Program-made: the position numbers and the translations under genes | The notes under the pieces: model-generated | What the model was told of the DNA's origin: nothing | Seen by the model: only the letters and a program-made list of their open reading frames with translations | The model's database searches: none | In this document: one piece after another, positions 1 to 14,311 of the stretch | Position numbering within the stretch: position 1 is the stretch's first letter | Layout of the letters: each line of letters begins with the position of its first letter | Assembly (NCBI GenBank): GCA_950097015.1 | Contig: CATNEN010000010.1 | Coordinates: forward strand, 2,356,001-2,420,000 | DNA from: Macrostomum hystrix | Taxonomy: Eukaryota; Animalia; Platyhelminthes | Reading direction: 5' to 3' | Length of the DNA stretch: 64,000 bases

Positions 1-117
1 CAGCCGTCTATAAACTTAGCGCGTCACAAAGTGGCAACTTGTAAAAGTTAAAATGCGTCGCATGCTCTACTAAAAGTAGATAATGAAAAAGTAGTTCCTG
101 GCGCTGATGAGTCCGCC

Positions 118-775
118 TTAGCGCCCGCCATGTTTCAGTTCAACGTGACGCCGCAGAGCCGCCCTCGACGCAAAGATTCGACCGTCGCAGGCGGCGCAGA
201 GAAACGAAGGCCTCCCAGCCGCGCTTAGACACTCGGCCGCGTGCTGACGGCTGTGGTCGGGACCGGTTCTGAAGGAGCCGCACAGGCCGCAGGCTCCGTT
301 GGCTAGCTGGTGGTCGCGTTCAATGTGCTGAGCCAGCTGGCGACTGCTGCGGAAGGGTTCGGTGCTGCACCAATGGCAGCTAAAACATCCAGTGTGGAGC
401 GGCTGGCTGGTCTGATGATTGTTGATGCCCGGCCGCGGATGCGACTGCCATGCGATCTTAGAGGGCAGCAGCTGTTGCAGCGGGAGCTGTAGAGTCTGTG
501 GCCACCAAAGCCGACTGGCATCAGAAGGCACCGCAAGATGCTGTTGGAGCCGCTGCTGCTGTTGCTGCAGTGGCCGCAGCTGCAGCGGCTGCAGTGGAGG
601 CGTTGAATGAGGTGGCGTTAGGGGCGGAAGCTGCTGTGGAGGCTGTGGACGCCAAGCTCGGCATTGCAAGCTGTCAGCGCCCCGTACAGCACAGCTAATG
701 CAGGCACAGAGGCGGTCACTGACAATTTGCGGCGGACCCCATCGCCGTATCTGCTGCTGCTGCTGCTGCTGCTGA

Positions 776-807
<32 letters not shown>

Positions 808-812
808 TTGTA

Positions 813-849
<37 letters not shown>

Positions 850-1491
850 CTGTTGTTGTTGCATTTGCTGCTGCTGTTGTTGTTGTATCTGCTGCTGCTG
901 CTGTTGTTGTTGTAATTGCTGCTGCTGCTGTTGTTGTTGTATCTGCTGCTGCTGTTGTTGTTTTATCTGCTGCTGCTGCTGTTGTTGTTGTAATTGCTGC
1001 TGCTGCTGTTGTTGTTGTATCTGCTGCTGCTGCTGCTGTTGCTGCTGCTGATAATAAAAGTACGCGGAGAATGGCTGTGCTCGATTTAACCAAGAGTCTA
1101 ACTCGCTAGCAGCTTGCTGCGGTTGCTGCGGCGGTTGTGGCGGACACAGCACCGGTGGTGTGGGCGGCTGCGGCTCCTCTGGAAGCCACCATCTAAGATA
1201 GCCATTTTGAGCACTGTTCATTGCTGCCGAGGGTATCGAATTGCTGCGCTGCTGCGGCTTCGCCTTGGGTGCGGCTTCAGGTGCCGGCGGTGGCGCTGGA
1301 GGTTGTGCTGATGGCGGTAACTTGTGCGGAGGCGTCGGAGCCTCGCTGACGACATCCAGTTTCGACGAACCAGAATAGGACAAGTCGATGACTAGCCTGC
1401 CCTCGCAGTAATCTGAGTCGTCGAAATCGTTTTCATAATCCGAGTCTGTGAGCAGCTCGTGGCTCACGGCTGAGTGTTGGAGTTGCTGCAT
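118..1491 (-). CDS. Single-exon polyglutamine/proline-rich C2H2 zinc-finger protein
   Basis: The track ORF opens at a TTG (1545); the first ATG is 1491, 4 nt after a TTTTAG acceptor. The C-terminus has Cys/His fingers CHWC..HIERDH, CGLC..H and CAAC..HVELKH. There is a central ~100-codon Q tract. Confidence 0.75.
750..1050 (-). repeat. Interrupted CAG/CAA trinucleotide tract (coding polyQ)
   Basis: (CTG)n/(TTG)n on the + strand with periodic TAT/TAA interruptions, giving QIQ and QLQ cassettes. Confidence 0.95.
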
Positions 1492-1547
1492 GCGGCTAAA
1501 AGTGCAGGAAATCGTAGATTTGGTATACTCGGTTAAAGTACGCAATG

Positions 1548-1880
1548 TACCGCAACACTAGGTAACACTCAGTACATTTCGGTCATATTTAGAGACATTT
1601 CGGTAACATCCTTCAGTGTATCTAATTTCTAATTCTAACGATTCCAAGCACGTTGATCTTTAGCTTACAATATGTAGTTACATTGTTACACAAGAGGCAA
1701 CCATGATTTGGGTATGTATGGGACTTTTTATCGGTAACTATTTATGTTACCGAAATGTCTCAGCATGTTACCGAAATGTCTCAGCATGTTACCGAAATGT
1801 ACTGACTATTACCAAAATGTACCTGACTTGAAACCGAAATGTCTGTTACCGAATTGTCTGTTACCGAATTGTCCTGCCCC
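1548..1880. mobile_element. MITE-like relic with inverted sub-terminal TTACCGAAATGT repeats
   Basis: ACATTTCGGT(A/C)A copies at 1570-1610 face about 7 TTACCGAA(A/T)TGT copies at 1745-1875. No clean left end or TSD was found. Confidence 0.35.
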
Positions 1881-2959
1881 CAATGGACTTCCTACCGGAG
1901 AACCCGGCATGAGCTCTTTTTAATTCGTGAATAAATTAAAGTACCGAACCAACTTGTCCAATAATTATACTCTTGTTAAATCCACATTAAAACGCCCAGT
2001 GATGATGCAATTAATAGTCGTAGTTTATATCAATAATCAGGCCCGAAAATCGGGAAATTCAATTTAAAAAACTTACATTTTTATTCCACGCTCAATAGTC
2101 AAAAGCTTCAGCAGAAATGTTGCGTTATTTGCTTTGTGGGAATGTCTTCGGCACAGGGTCAGGAAAGGCGGATGAATGTGCTCTTGAACGAACGATTCTC
2201 ATTAAACACAAGTAAGGCTAGATCAGAATGGCTTTTATTTTACGCAGGTTTTGTTTCTCAATTTAACACCTCCCTATCTTGTCGCCCGATTCTATTGGCT
2301 GGCCCAAACAAAGATTTTTTGCCCTTCCAGCCAATAAAATTAATTGAGGCAAGATGGAGGGTGCGCCTTCGACTTAGGCTTATCGTGCATCGGCAGTTAA
2401 TTCTAGAAATTTTTATTGCCCTTTATTTATCTGCCCAATTAGGTTTATCTGCCCAAACTAATTGACCGCATGTATATTCCACAGACGAGTGTGTGGAATA
2501 ACAGCGCAAGATATTTTAACTCTAATCTGAAACAAATATTATGAGCGAAGTTCCAAATTTTCGATTCATAAAAGCTTACTTTAGGCTAGGCTCTGTTGCA
2601 CTCTGTTTCTTATAATCTTATTGTACTTTAATAATTAGTTATTCAAATCGAAGCGCTCTTTAATTCTTTAAAAATCAAATGATTTTCTGTTAAACTGGCT
2701 TTTTGGAAAGCTGCTTTAATAAAAATGATAGTTCCAATAAATATCAGAGCTCGGAGCCTTAAAAATTCGAGAATCTTGAATGGATCAGGAAATAAACAAG
2801 TCTTCCTTGCACTTTGAGGGCTAATCAGATTTCCCCATTAAGGCATGTACAAAGGCCTTGACACTTATACAGGATTCTGTCGTTGGGGGAAAACTGCATG
2901 GGATGGCCCTAAGTTCCAAACCATTTGCGTCATTTGTTGGTGATAAACATGCTACCTAT

Positions 2960-5696
2960 TTTGAGATGGAGCTAGGATTGTAAGACGGAGATGGGATTGT
3001 AAGACGGAGATGGGATTGTAAGACGGAGATGGGATTGTAAGACGGAGATGGGATTGTAAGAAGGAGATGGGATTGTAAGACGGAGATGGGATTGTAAGAC
3101 GGAGATGGGATTGTAAGACGGAGATGGGATTGTAAGACGGAGATGGGATTGTAAGACGGAGATGGGATTTTAAGATGGAGATTGGATTGTAAGACAGGCA
3201 TGGGATTGAAAGATGGAGATTGGATTGTAAGACGGAGATGGGATTGTAAGAAGGAGATGGGATTGTAAGACGGAGCTGGGATTGTAAGACGGAGATGGGA
3301 TTGTAAGAAGGAGATGGGATTGTAAGACGGAGATGGGATTGTAAGACGGAGATGGGATTGTAAGACGGAGATGGGATTGTAAGACGGAGATGGGATTGTA
3401 AGACGGAGATGGGATTTTAAGATGGAGATTGGATTGTAAGACAGACATGGGATTGAAAGATGGAGATGGGATTGTAAGACGGAGATGGGGTTGTAAGACG
3501 GAGATGGGATTGTAAGAAGGAGATGGGATTGTAAGACGGAGATGGGATTGTAAGACGGAGATGGGATTGTAAGACGGAGATGGGATTGTAAGACGGAGAT
3601 GGGATTTTAAGATGGAGATTGGATTGTAAGACAGACATGGGATTGAAAGATGGAGATGGGATTGTAAGACGGAGATGGGATTGTAAGACGGAGATGGAAT
3701 TGTAAGACGGAGATGGGATTGTAAGACGGAGATGGGATTATAAGACGGAGATATGATTGTAAGACGGAGATGGGATTTTAAGACGGAGATGGGATTGTAT
3801 GACGGAGATGGGATTGTAAGACAGACATGGGATTGTAAGACGGAGATGGGATTGTAAGACGGAGATGGGATTGTAAGACAGACATGGGATTGTAAGACGG
3901 AGATGGGATTGTAAGACGGAGATGGGATTTTAAGATGGAGATTGGATTGTAAGACAGACATGGGATTGAAAGATGGAGATGGGATTGTAAGACGGAGATG
4001 GGATTTTAAGATGGAGATTGGATTGTAAGACAGACATGGGATTGAAAGATGGAGATTGGATTGTAAGACAGACATGGGATTGTGAGACGGAGCTGGGATT
4101 GTAAGACGGGGATGGGATTGTAAGACGGAGATGGATTGTAAGACGGAGATGGGATTGTAAGACGGAGATGGGATTGTAAGACGGAGATGGGATTGTAAGA
4201 CGGAGATGGGATTTTAAGATGGAGATTGGATTTTAAGACAGACATGGGATTGAAAGATGGAGATGGGATTGTAAGACGGAGATGGGATTGAAAGATGGAG
4301 ATGGGATTGTAAGACGGAGATGGGATTTTAAGATGGAGATTGGATTGTAAGACAGACATGGGATTGAAAGATGGAGATGGGATTGTAAGACAGACATGGG
4401 ATTGAAAGATGGAGATGGGATTGTAAGACGGAGATGGGATTGTAAGACGGAGATGGGATTGTAAGAAGGAGATGGGATTGTAAGACGGAGATGGGATTGT
4501 AAGACGGAGATGGGATTGTAAGACGGAGATGGGATTGTAAGACGGAGATGGGATTGTAAGACGGAGATGGGATTTTAAGATGGAGATTGGATTGTAAGAC
4601 AGACATGGGATTGTAAGACGGAGATGGGATTGTAAGACGGAGATGGGATTTTAAGATGGAGATTGGATTGTAAGACAGACATGGGATTGTAAGACGGAGA
4701 TGGGATTGTAAGACGGAGATGGGATTTTAAGATGGAGATTGGATTGTAAGACAGACATGGGATTGAAAGATGGAGATGGGATTGTAAGACGGAGATGGGA
4801 TTGAAAGATGGAGATGGGATTGTAAGACGGAGATGGGATTTTAAGATGGAGATTGGATTGTAAGACAGACATGGGATTGAAAGATGGAGATGGGATTGTA
4901 AGACAGACATGGGATTGAAAGATGGAGATGGGATTGTAAGACGGAGATGGGATTGTAAGACGGAGATGGGATTGTAAGAAGGAGATGGGATTGTAAGACG
5001 GAGATGGGATTGTAAGACGGAGATGGGATTGTATGACGGAGATGGGATTGTAAGACAGACATGGGATTGTAAGACGGAGATGGGATTGTAAGACGGAGAT
5101 GGGATTGTAAGACAGACATGGGATTGTAAGACGGAGATGGGATTGTAAGACGGAGATGGGATTTTAAGATGGAGATTGGATTGTAAGACAGACATGGGAT
5201 TGAAAGATGGAGATGGGATTGTAAGAAGGAGATGGGATTGTAAGACGGAGATGGGATTGTAAGACAGACATGGGATTGAAAGATGGAGATTGGATTGTAA
5301 GACAGACATGGGATTGTAAGACGGAGCTGGGATTGTAAGACGGGGATGGGATTGTAAGACGGAGATGGATTGTAAGACGGAGATGGGATTGTAAGACGGA
5401 GATGGGATTGTAAGACGGAGATGGGATTGTAAGACGGAGATGGGATTTTAAGATGGAGATTGGATTTTAAGACAGACATGGGATTGAAAGATGGAGATGG
5501 GATTGTAAGACGGAGATGGGATTGAAAGATGGAGATGGGATTGTAAGACGGAGATGGGATTTTAAGATGGAGATTGGATTGTAAGACAGACATGGGATTG
5601 AAAGATGGAGATGGGATTGTAAGACAGACATGGGATTGAAAGATGGAGATGGGATTGTAAGACGGAGATGGGATTGTAAGATGGAGATGGGATTGC
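2960..5696 (+). repeat. 19-bp minisatellite (GGGATTGTAAGACGGAGAT), about 140 copies
   Basis: Unit read directly, with recurring variants. The ORFs over it are repeat translations. Confidence 0.97.
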
Positions 5697-6466
5697 AATA
5701 TGTAGCCTTCCTTCGGCGATTCATACTTTTTTGAGAATAAAATACATTTTAAGCGAGAGCGCATAGATTTGCGTAGATCTATGATGCTATTATTTACGGC
5801 ATTGACAGAAATTCCATTGTGCTTTAAGCACATCATTCTGAGCAACAATCTCACAATGATATGTCGTTAAGTTAAAAACTGCGACGCAATAAATGAAACT
5901 AAATATTGTTATTTTAAAGGATGGGGTGCATGTATTGCATGTGGTGCATGCATATGGGTAAATTGTGATCATGGGAGGGTTCAGAATCCCAAAAACACAA
6001 CAGCGCTCATCCAACCTTCCAAGTCCATTCGAGTTTTGTTTGTTTACTTTTGTGTCTGAGGCACTGTTTTACTTTCGTATTTGAGATTATGAAGCCTTGT
6101 CAATGGTCAGACAATTTAGCAAAAATATTTCAAATCGCCACATTTAGCAATCTAATGGGGAGCAGGGCACTCTGCTCAAAGCCATGGGCATTAATCGAAA
6201 GCATTGTGAGCATGGCAATGGGTGGCTTTGGGTTCTGGGCCGCACATCAACAGGATTCAGCGGAAGATAAACAATTATGATCCTCAGTAATCCCTGTATG
6301 GCTTATTCTTCTTTTGATATTTGCTTCGGGAATCTAGACGAAATACTATTCATACTTTTTTAAGTATGAGACAGTAGAAAGTAATAGTAGAGTATTAACA
6401 GTAGAAAGACCACGGTGTGGCATTTCAAATGCCGGCATTTTTCTTTGTTCTGTATCTTCTAAGGTA

Positions 6467-7789
6467 TACCTTTCTGCGTTCTATTTGGGCTTCTTGCGAG
6501 CCATTTGGGCAGCGCAGGCAGTGGTGAGCGAGACGAAAGCAGGTACTCTGTGCCATGGACAAAGATTGCATTTGCTTCTGAATTCGGCAACCAATTTGGG
6601 CCCCTTTGCGAGCAATTTCGGCCAGTGGTGGCAGTCAGAGATAAAAAACAGGGGCAGCAGTCATAGAAGTCACAACAGTCTGCAACATAAGCATACTCTG
6701 AAAGCGATGCCGCCTCGCGGTCATTACTCGCGCAGATCGGCTGTTGACAGACAGAGGCTGATTGCAGCCTACTGCAGAATGATGCCGACTGGCGACACCT
6801 AGCGCGCATGCTTGGCATCAAGCGCCAGACAGCAGCCAACATCGTCTGCAATTTTATTGCGCATGACCGAGCAGCCCCACTTCCAAAGGGTGGCGACAAG
6901 AGGCGTCGACTGACGGAAGGAATGATTCAGGAGATCGTCGACTTCCTGGGATCGCGCCCGACAGCGACGCTGAATCAGATGCAGCTGCGCCTACAGCAGA
7001 GTTTTCCCGACGTCGCCATTATATCGCAATCGGCCATCAGTCGGGCGTTGGATGGTCGTCTCGTCACGCTAAAGTTGGCAAGGGTCAATCCGGTAGAGTG
7101 GAAGGAGCCGTGACTAAGGAGGCTCGGCGCATGCATGCAGAAAGGTGCCCGCGCTCACACAAACGTGCCAGGAATGCGTGAAGGACACAATCATCGTTTT
7201 CTACCGCCATACTCGCCGTTCCTGAACGCAGCTGAGCGAGCTGGCTCCTGCCTGAAAGCTGCTCTGAAGCGCAGCTTGTCACAACCGGACATTCAGCGCC
7301 AAGCCGGTAACCGAGACGCAGCAGCCGCAGCGGGAAGCACGCTACATCAGCAACGACTGCGGATTCTGCAGCAACTGATCGACACATCTGTATTCGAGAT
7401 CATGCCATTCAAGTGTCGACAGTGCAGGTGAACCACAGTCTGACCTACATGCAGCGTTGCCTCGAGGCAGCTGACATTACCGAGTGACGTTTTGACATCA
7501 TCATGTTGACTCCTTTTCAGTCAGTCAGATTGTTTTCCCAAGTTAACATTTTTCCTATTGGTGCTTTCACCTCTTTGTCTGTTTGTCTGTATGGCTCATG
7601 TTCTTCTGCGTTCATAGCGTAGCTTTTAAATGGCCGAAATTGCTCGCAAAGGGGCCCAAATTGGTCGCCGAATTCAGAAGCAAATGCAATCTTTGTCTAT
7701 GGCACAGAGTGCCTGCTTTCGTCTCGCTCACCACTGCCTGCGCTGCCCAAATGGCTCGCAAGAAAGCCCGAATAGAACGCAAAAAAGTA
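6467..7789 (+). mobile_element. Non-autonomous Tc1/mariner (IS630-Tc1-mariner) element
   Basis: About 160-bp inverted repeats (6467-6625 versus 7630-7789) with TA on both flanks (6465-66, 7790-91), enclosing a transposase remnant. Confidence 0.88.
6707..7431 (+). pseudogene. Tc1-like transposase pseudogene (frameshift and internal deletion)
   Basis: HTH-like N-terminus (MPPRGHYSR..., LGIKRQTA, ISQSAISRAL) with a frameshift near 6776. FLPPYSPFLNAAE catalytic-Glu motif is present; the first two catalytic Asp regions are missing. Confidence 0.85.
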
Positions 7790-8396
7790 TACTTAACCAA
7801 TCGCCAAAAAACTCTAGAAAATGGGATGAAGTTTTACGCTCCATCCGATGAAACAACTTCCTGAATCACAAAACATCGGCATCGTCCCAAGATATTAAAC
7901 GATTCTCGTCGGGGTGTCTGCTGGCAAAAACCACCAATATAGGCATTACTTTTTCTGCCCCCAAAACTTCATCATGTAAACCAGTTTGCACTGATAAAAT
8001 GGTTAATTTTATATTTTTGAACAAATATGGATTCGCCACGGAGGTTTATACAGAGCAATGTTAGCTGTCCTTGTCACCAGGGTCTCCGACAAGAATCGCT
8101 GATTATCTCGACGATGCTGACTCGGACGACTTTTAAGTTAGTTGATCTTAAAGGGCGGAAAATTTAGATTCAGATGATTGACTTTCACGTAAATCGGTCA
8201 TTCGGTTTGGGAGCGATCGTGAAGTAGGCAGTGGCTATTTGAAATGCCCCGGTGGTGTTTCCGCGTGCGGGCGGGAAATAGCGTTGGTCCTTCTACTGTT
8301 AAGGGATCATGGCGATGGAAAAAAACTTGACGGGTCTGTTAAGCTCAAAATATATCCGTGTATCATTGCCTCGTTCAAGGATTTCGATCCTTCATG

Positions 8397-11300
8397 AGGG
8401 ATCTAGGTGATACTCCATTACGGATCTAGGTGATACTCCATTACGGATCTAGGTGATACTACATTACGGATCTAGGTGGTACTCCATTACGGATCTAGGT
8501 GATACTCCATTACGGATCTAGGTGATACTCCATTACGGATCTAGGTGATACTCCATTACGGATCTAGGTGATACTTCATTACGGATCTAGGTGATACTTC
8601 ATTACGGATCTAGGTGATACTCCATTACGGATCTAGGTGATACTTCATTACGGATCTAGGTGATACTCCATGACGGATCTAGGTGATACTCCATGACGGA
8701 TCTAGGTGATACTCCATTACGGATCTAGGTGATACTCCATTACGGATCTAGGTGATACTCCATTACGGATCTAGGTGATACTCCATTACGGATCTAGGTG
8801 ATACTCCATTACGGATCTAGGTGATACTACATTACGGATCTAGGTGGTACTCCATTACGGATCTAGGTGATACTCCATTACGGATCTAGGTGATACTCCA
8901 TTACGGATCTAGGTGATACTCCATTACGGATCTAGGTGATACTCCATTACGGATCTAGGTGGTACTCCATTACGGATCTAGGTGATACTCCATTACGGAT
9001 CTAGGTGATACTCCATTACGGATCTAGGTGATACTCCATTACGGATCTAGGTGATACTCCATTACGGATCTAGGTGATACTCCATTACGGATCTAGGTGA
9101 TACTCCTTCAGGGATCTAGGTGATACTCCATTACGGATCTAGGTGATACTCCATTACGGATCTAGGTGATACTTCATTACGGATCTAGGTGATACTCCAT
9201 TACGGATCTAGGTGATACTCCATGACGGATCTAGGTGATACTCCATTACGGATCTAGGTGATACTCCATTACGGATCTAGGTGATACTCCATTACGGATC
9301 TAGGTGATACTCCATTACGGATCTAGGTGATACTCCATTACGGATCTAGGTGATACTACATTACGGATCTAGGTGATACTCCTTCAGGGATCTAGGTGAT
9401 ACTCCCTTACGGATCTAGGTGATACTCCATTACGGATCTAGGTGATACTCCATTACGGATCTAGGTGGTACTCCATTACGGATCTAGGTGATACTCCTTC
9501 AGGGATCTAGGTGATACTCCATTACGGATCTAGGTGATACTACATTACGGATCTAGTTGATACTCCATTACGGATCTAGGTGATACTCCTTCAGGGATCT
9601 AGGTGATACTCTTTCGTGAGGGATCTAGGTGATACTCCATTACGGATCTAGGTGATACTACATTACGGATCTAGGTGATACTACATTACGGATCTAGGTG
9701 ATACTTCATTACGGATCTAGGTGATACTCCATTACGGATCTAGGTGATACTCCTTCAGGGATCTAGGTGATACTCTTTCGTGAGGGATCTAGGTGATACT
9801 ACATTACGGATCTAGGTGATACTACATTACGGATCTAGGTGATACTCCTTCAGGGATCTAGGTGATACTCCCTTACGGATCTAGGTGATACTCCATTACG
9901 GATCTAGGTGATACTCCATTACGGATCTAGGTGGTACTCAATTACGGATCTAGGTGATACTCCATTACGGATCTAGGTGATACTCCATTACGGATCTAGG
10001 TGATACTCCATTACGGATCTAGGTGATACTACATTACGGATCTAGGTGATACTCCATGACGGATCTAGGTGATACTCCATTACGGATCTAGGTGATACTC
10101 CATTACGGATCTAGGTGATACTACATTACGGATCTAGGTGATACTCCTTCAGGGATCTAGGTGATACTCCCTTACGGATCTAGGTGATACTCCATGACGG
10201 ATCTAGTTGATACTCCATTACGGATCTAGGTGATACTCCATTACGGATCTAGGTGATACTCCATTACGGATCTAGGTGATACTCCTTCAGGGATCTAGGT
10301 GATACTCCATTACGGATCTAGGTGATACTCCATTACGGATCTAGGTGATACTCCATGACGGATCTAGGTGATACTCCATTACGGATCTAGGTGATACTCC
10401 TTCAGGGATCTAGGTGATACTCCCTTACGGATCTAGGTGATACTCCATGACGGATCTAGTTGATACTCCATTACGGATCTAGGTGATACTCCATTACGGA
10501 TCTAGGTGATACTCCATTACGGATCTAGGTGATACTCCTTCAGGGATCTAGGTGATACTCCATTACGGATCTAGGTGATACTCCATTACGGATCTAGGTG
10601 ATACTCCTTCAGGGATCTAGGTGATACTACATTACGGATCTAGGTGATACTCCTTCAGGGATCTAGGTGATACTCCATTACGGATCTAGGTGATACTACA
10701 TTACGGATCTAGGTGATACTCCATGACGGATCTAGGTGATACTCCATTACGGATCTAGGTGATACTCCATTACGGATCTAGGTGATACTACATTACGGAT
10801 CTAGGTGATACTCCTTCAGGGATCTAGGTGATACTCCATTACGGATCTAGGTGATACTCCATGACGGATCTAGGTGATACTCCATTACGGATCTAGGTGA
10901 TACTCCATTACGGATCTAGGTGATACTCCATTACGGATCTAGGTGATACTCCATTCACGGGATCTAGGTGATACTCCATTACGGATCTAGGTGATACTCC
11001 ATTACGGATCTAGGTGATACTACATTACGGATCTAGGTGATACTCCATTACGGATCTAGGTGATACTCCTTCAGGGATCTAGGTGATACTCCCTTACGGA
11101 TCTAGGTGATACTCCATGACGGATCTAGTTGATACTCCATTACGGATCTAGGTGATACTCCATTACGGATCTAGGTGATACTCCATTACGGATCTAGGTG
11201 ATACTCCTTCAGGGATCTAGGTGATACTCCATTACGGATCTAGGTGATACTCCATTACGGATCTAGGTGATACTCCATTACGGATCTAGGTGATACTACA

Positions 11301-14300
11301 TTACGGATCTAGGTGATACTCCTTCAGGGATCTAGGTGATACTCCCTTACGGATCTAGGTGATACTACATTACGGATCTAGGTGATACTCCTTCAGGGAT
11401 CTAGGTGATACTCCCTTACGGATCTAGGTGATACTCCATTACGGATCTAGGTGATACTCCATTACGGATCTAGGTGGATACTCCATTACGGATCTAGGTG
11501 ATACTCCATTACGGATCTAGGTGATACTCCATTACGGATCTAGGTGATACTCCATTACGGATCTAGGTGATACTCCATTACGGATCTAGGTGATACTACA
11601 TTACGGATCTAGGTGATACTCCATTACGGATCTAGGCGATACTCCATGACGGATCTAGGTGATACTCCATTACGGATCTAGGTGATACTACATTACGGAT
11701 CTAGGTGATACTCCATTACGGATCTAGGTGATACTACATTACGGATCTAGGTGATACTCCTTCAGGGATCTAGGTGATACTCCCTTACGGATCTAGGTGA
11801 TACTCCATTACGGATCTAGGTGATACTCCATTACGGATCTAGGTGATACTCCATTACGGATCTAGGTGATACTTCATTACGGATCTAGGTGATACTCCAT
11901 TACGGATCTAGGTGATACTCCATTACGGATCTAGGTGATACTCCATTACGGATCTAGGTGATACTCCATTACGGATCTAGGTGATACTCCTTCAGGGATC
12001 TAGGTGATACTCCATTACGGATCTAGGTGATACTCCATTACGGATCTAGGTGATACTTCATTACGGACCTAGGTGATACTCCATTACGGATCTAGGTGAT
12101 ACTACATTACGGATCTAGGTGATACTCCATTACGGATCTAGGTGATACTCCCTTACGGATCTAGGTGATACTACATTACGGATCTAGGTGATACTCCTTC
12201 AGGGATCTAGGTGATACTCCCTTACGGATCTAGGTGATACTCCATTACGGATCTAGGTGATACTCCATTACGGATCTAGGTGGTACTCCATTACGGATCT
12301 AGGTGATACTCCATTACGGATCTAGGTGATACTCCATTACGGATCTAGGTGATACTCCATTACGGATCTAGATGATACTCCATTACGGATCTAGGTGATA
12401 CTACATTACGGATCTAGGTGATACTCCATTACGGATCTAGGCGATACTCCATGACGGATCTAGGTGATACTCCATTACGGATCTAGGTGATACTACATTA
12501 CGGATCTAGGTGATACTCCATTACGGATCTAGGTGATACTCCTTCAGGGATCTAGGTGATACTCCCTTACGGATCTAGGTGATACTCCATTACGGATCTA
12601 GGTGATACTCCATTACGGATCTAGGTGGTACTCCATTACGGATCTAGGTGATACTCCATTACGGATCTAGGTGATACTCCATTACGGATCTAGGTGATAC
12701 TCCATTACGGATCTAGATGATACTCCATTACGGATCTAGGTGATACTCCATGACGGATCTAGGTGATACTCCATTACGGATCTAGGTGATACTCCATTAC
12801 GGATCTAGGTGATACTACATTACGGATCTAGGTGATACTCCTTCAGGGATCTAGGTGATACTCTTTCGTGAGGGATCTAGGTGATACTTCATTACGGATC
12901 TAGGTGATACTCCTTCAGGGATCTAGGTGATACTCCATTACGGATCTAGGTGATACTACATTACGGATCTAGGTGATACTACATTACGGATCTAGGTGAT
13001 ACTACATTACGGATCTAGGTGATACTCCTTCAGGGATCTAGGTGATACTCCATTACGGATCTAGGTGATACTACATTACGGATCTAGTTGATACTCCATT
13101 ACGGATCTAGGTGATACTCCTTCAGGGATCTAGGTGATACTCTTTCGTGAGGGATCTAGGTGATACTCCATTACGGATCTAGGTGATACTCCATTACGGA
13201 TCTAGGTGATACTACATTACGGATCTAGGTGATACTACATTACGGATCTAGGTGATACTACATTACGGATCTAGGTGATACTACATTACGGATCTAGTTG
13301 ATACTCCATTACGGATCTGGGTGATACTCCATTACGGATCTAGGTGATACTACATTACGGATCTAGGTGATACTACATTACGGATCTAGTTGATACTCCT
13401 TCAGGGATCTAGGTGATACTCCATTACGGATCTAGGTGATACTACATTACGGATCTAGGTGATACTACATTACGGATCTAGGTGATACTACATTACGGAT
13501 CTAGGTGATACTACATTACGGATCTAGGTGATACTACATTACGGATCTAGGTGATACTACATTACGGATCTAGGTGATACTACATTACGGATCTAGGTGA
13601 TACTACATTACGGATCTAGGTGATACTACATTACGGATCTAGGTGATACTACATTACGGATCTAGTTGATACTCCATTACGGATCTGGGTGATACTCCAT
13701 TACGGATCTAGGTGATACTACATTACGGATCTAGGTGATACTACATTACGGATCTAGTTGATACTCCTTCAGGGATCTAGGTGATACTCCATTACGGATC
13801 TAGGTGATACTACATTACGGATCTAGGTGATACTACATTACGGATCTAGGTGATACTCCATTACGGATCTAGGTGATACTCCTTCAGGGATCTAGGTGAT
13901 ACTCCATTACGGATCTAGGTGATACTACATTACGGATCTAGGTGATACTACATTACGGATCTAGGTGATACTACATTACGGATCTAGGTGATACTACATT
14001 ACGGATCTAGGTGATACTACATTACGGATCTAGGTGATACTACATTACGGATCTAGGTGATACTACATTACGGATCTAGTTGATACTCCATTACGGATCT
14101 AGGTGATACTCCATTACGGATCTAGGTGATACTCCATGACGGATCTAGGTGATACTCCATTACGGATCTAGGTGATACTCCATTACGGATCTAGGTGATA
14201 CCCCATGACGGATCTAGGTGATACTCCATTACGGATCTAGGTGATACTCCTTCAGGGATCTAGGTGATACTCTTTCGTGAGGGATCTAGGTGATATTCCT

Positions 14301-14311
14301 TCAGGGATCTA
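8397..14311 (+). repeat. 23-bp satellite (GGATCTAGGTGATACTCCATTAC), about 255 copies
   Basis: Period measured directly (ATCTAGG at 8401 and 8424). No ORF of 60 aa or more across 5.9 kb. Confidence 0.98.

Noticed and set aside
664-1093. PolyLeu and polyAla/Thr ORFs
   Set aside because: They are alternative frames of the CAG/CAA tract, which lacks stops.
2956-5854. Many long minus-strand ORFs (SYNPISVLQSHL...)
   Set aside because: They are translations of the 19-bp repeat. The same applies to the ORFs at 16440-17197, 19032-20042, 31363-31808 and 45832-46749.
7860-8010. LLFLPPKLHHVNQF resembling a second IS630/Tc1 motif
   Set aside because: Too short, preceded by a stop, and without TIRs or further motifs.
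8397-14311. CRISPR-like appearance of the long short-period arrays (also 40972-41498 and 45878-46632)
   Set aside because: Units are head-to-tail with no unique spacers, there are no cas genes, and the context is eukaryotic.
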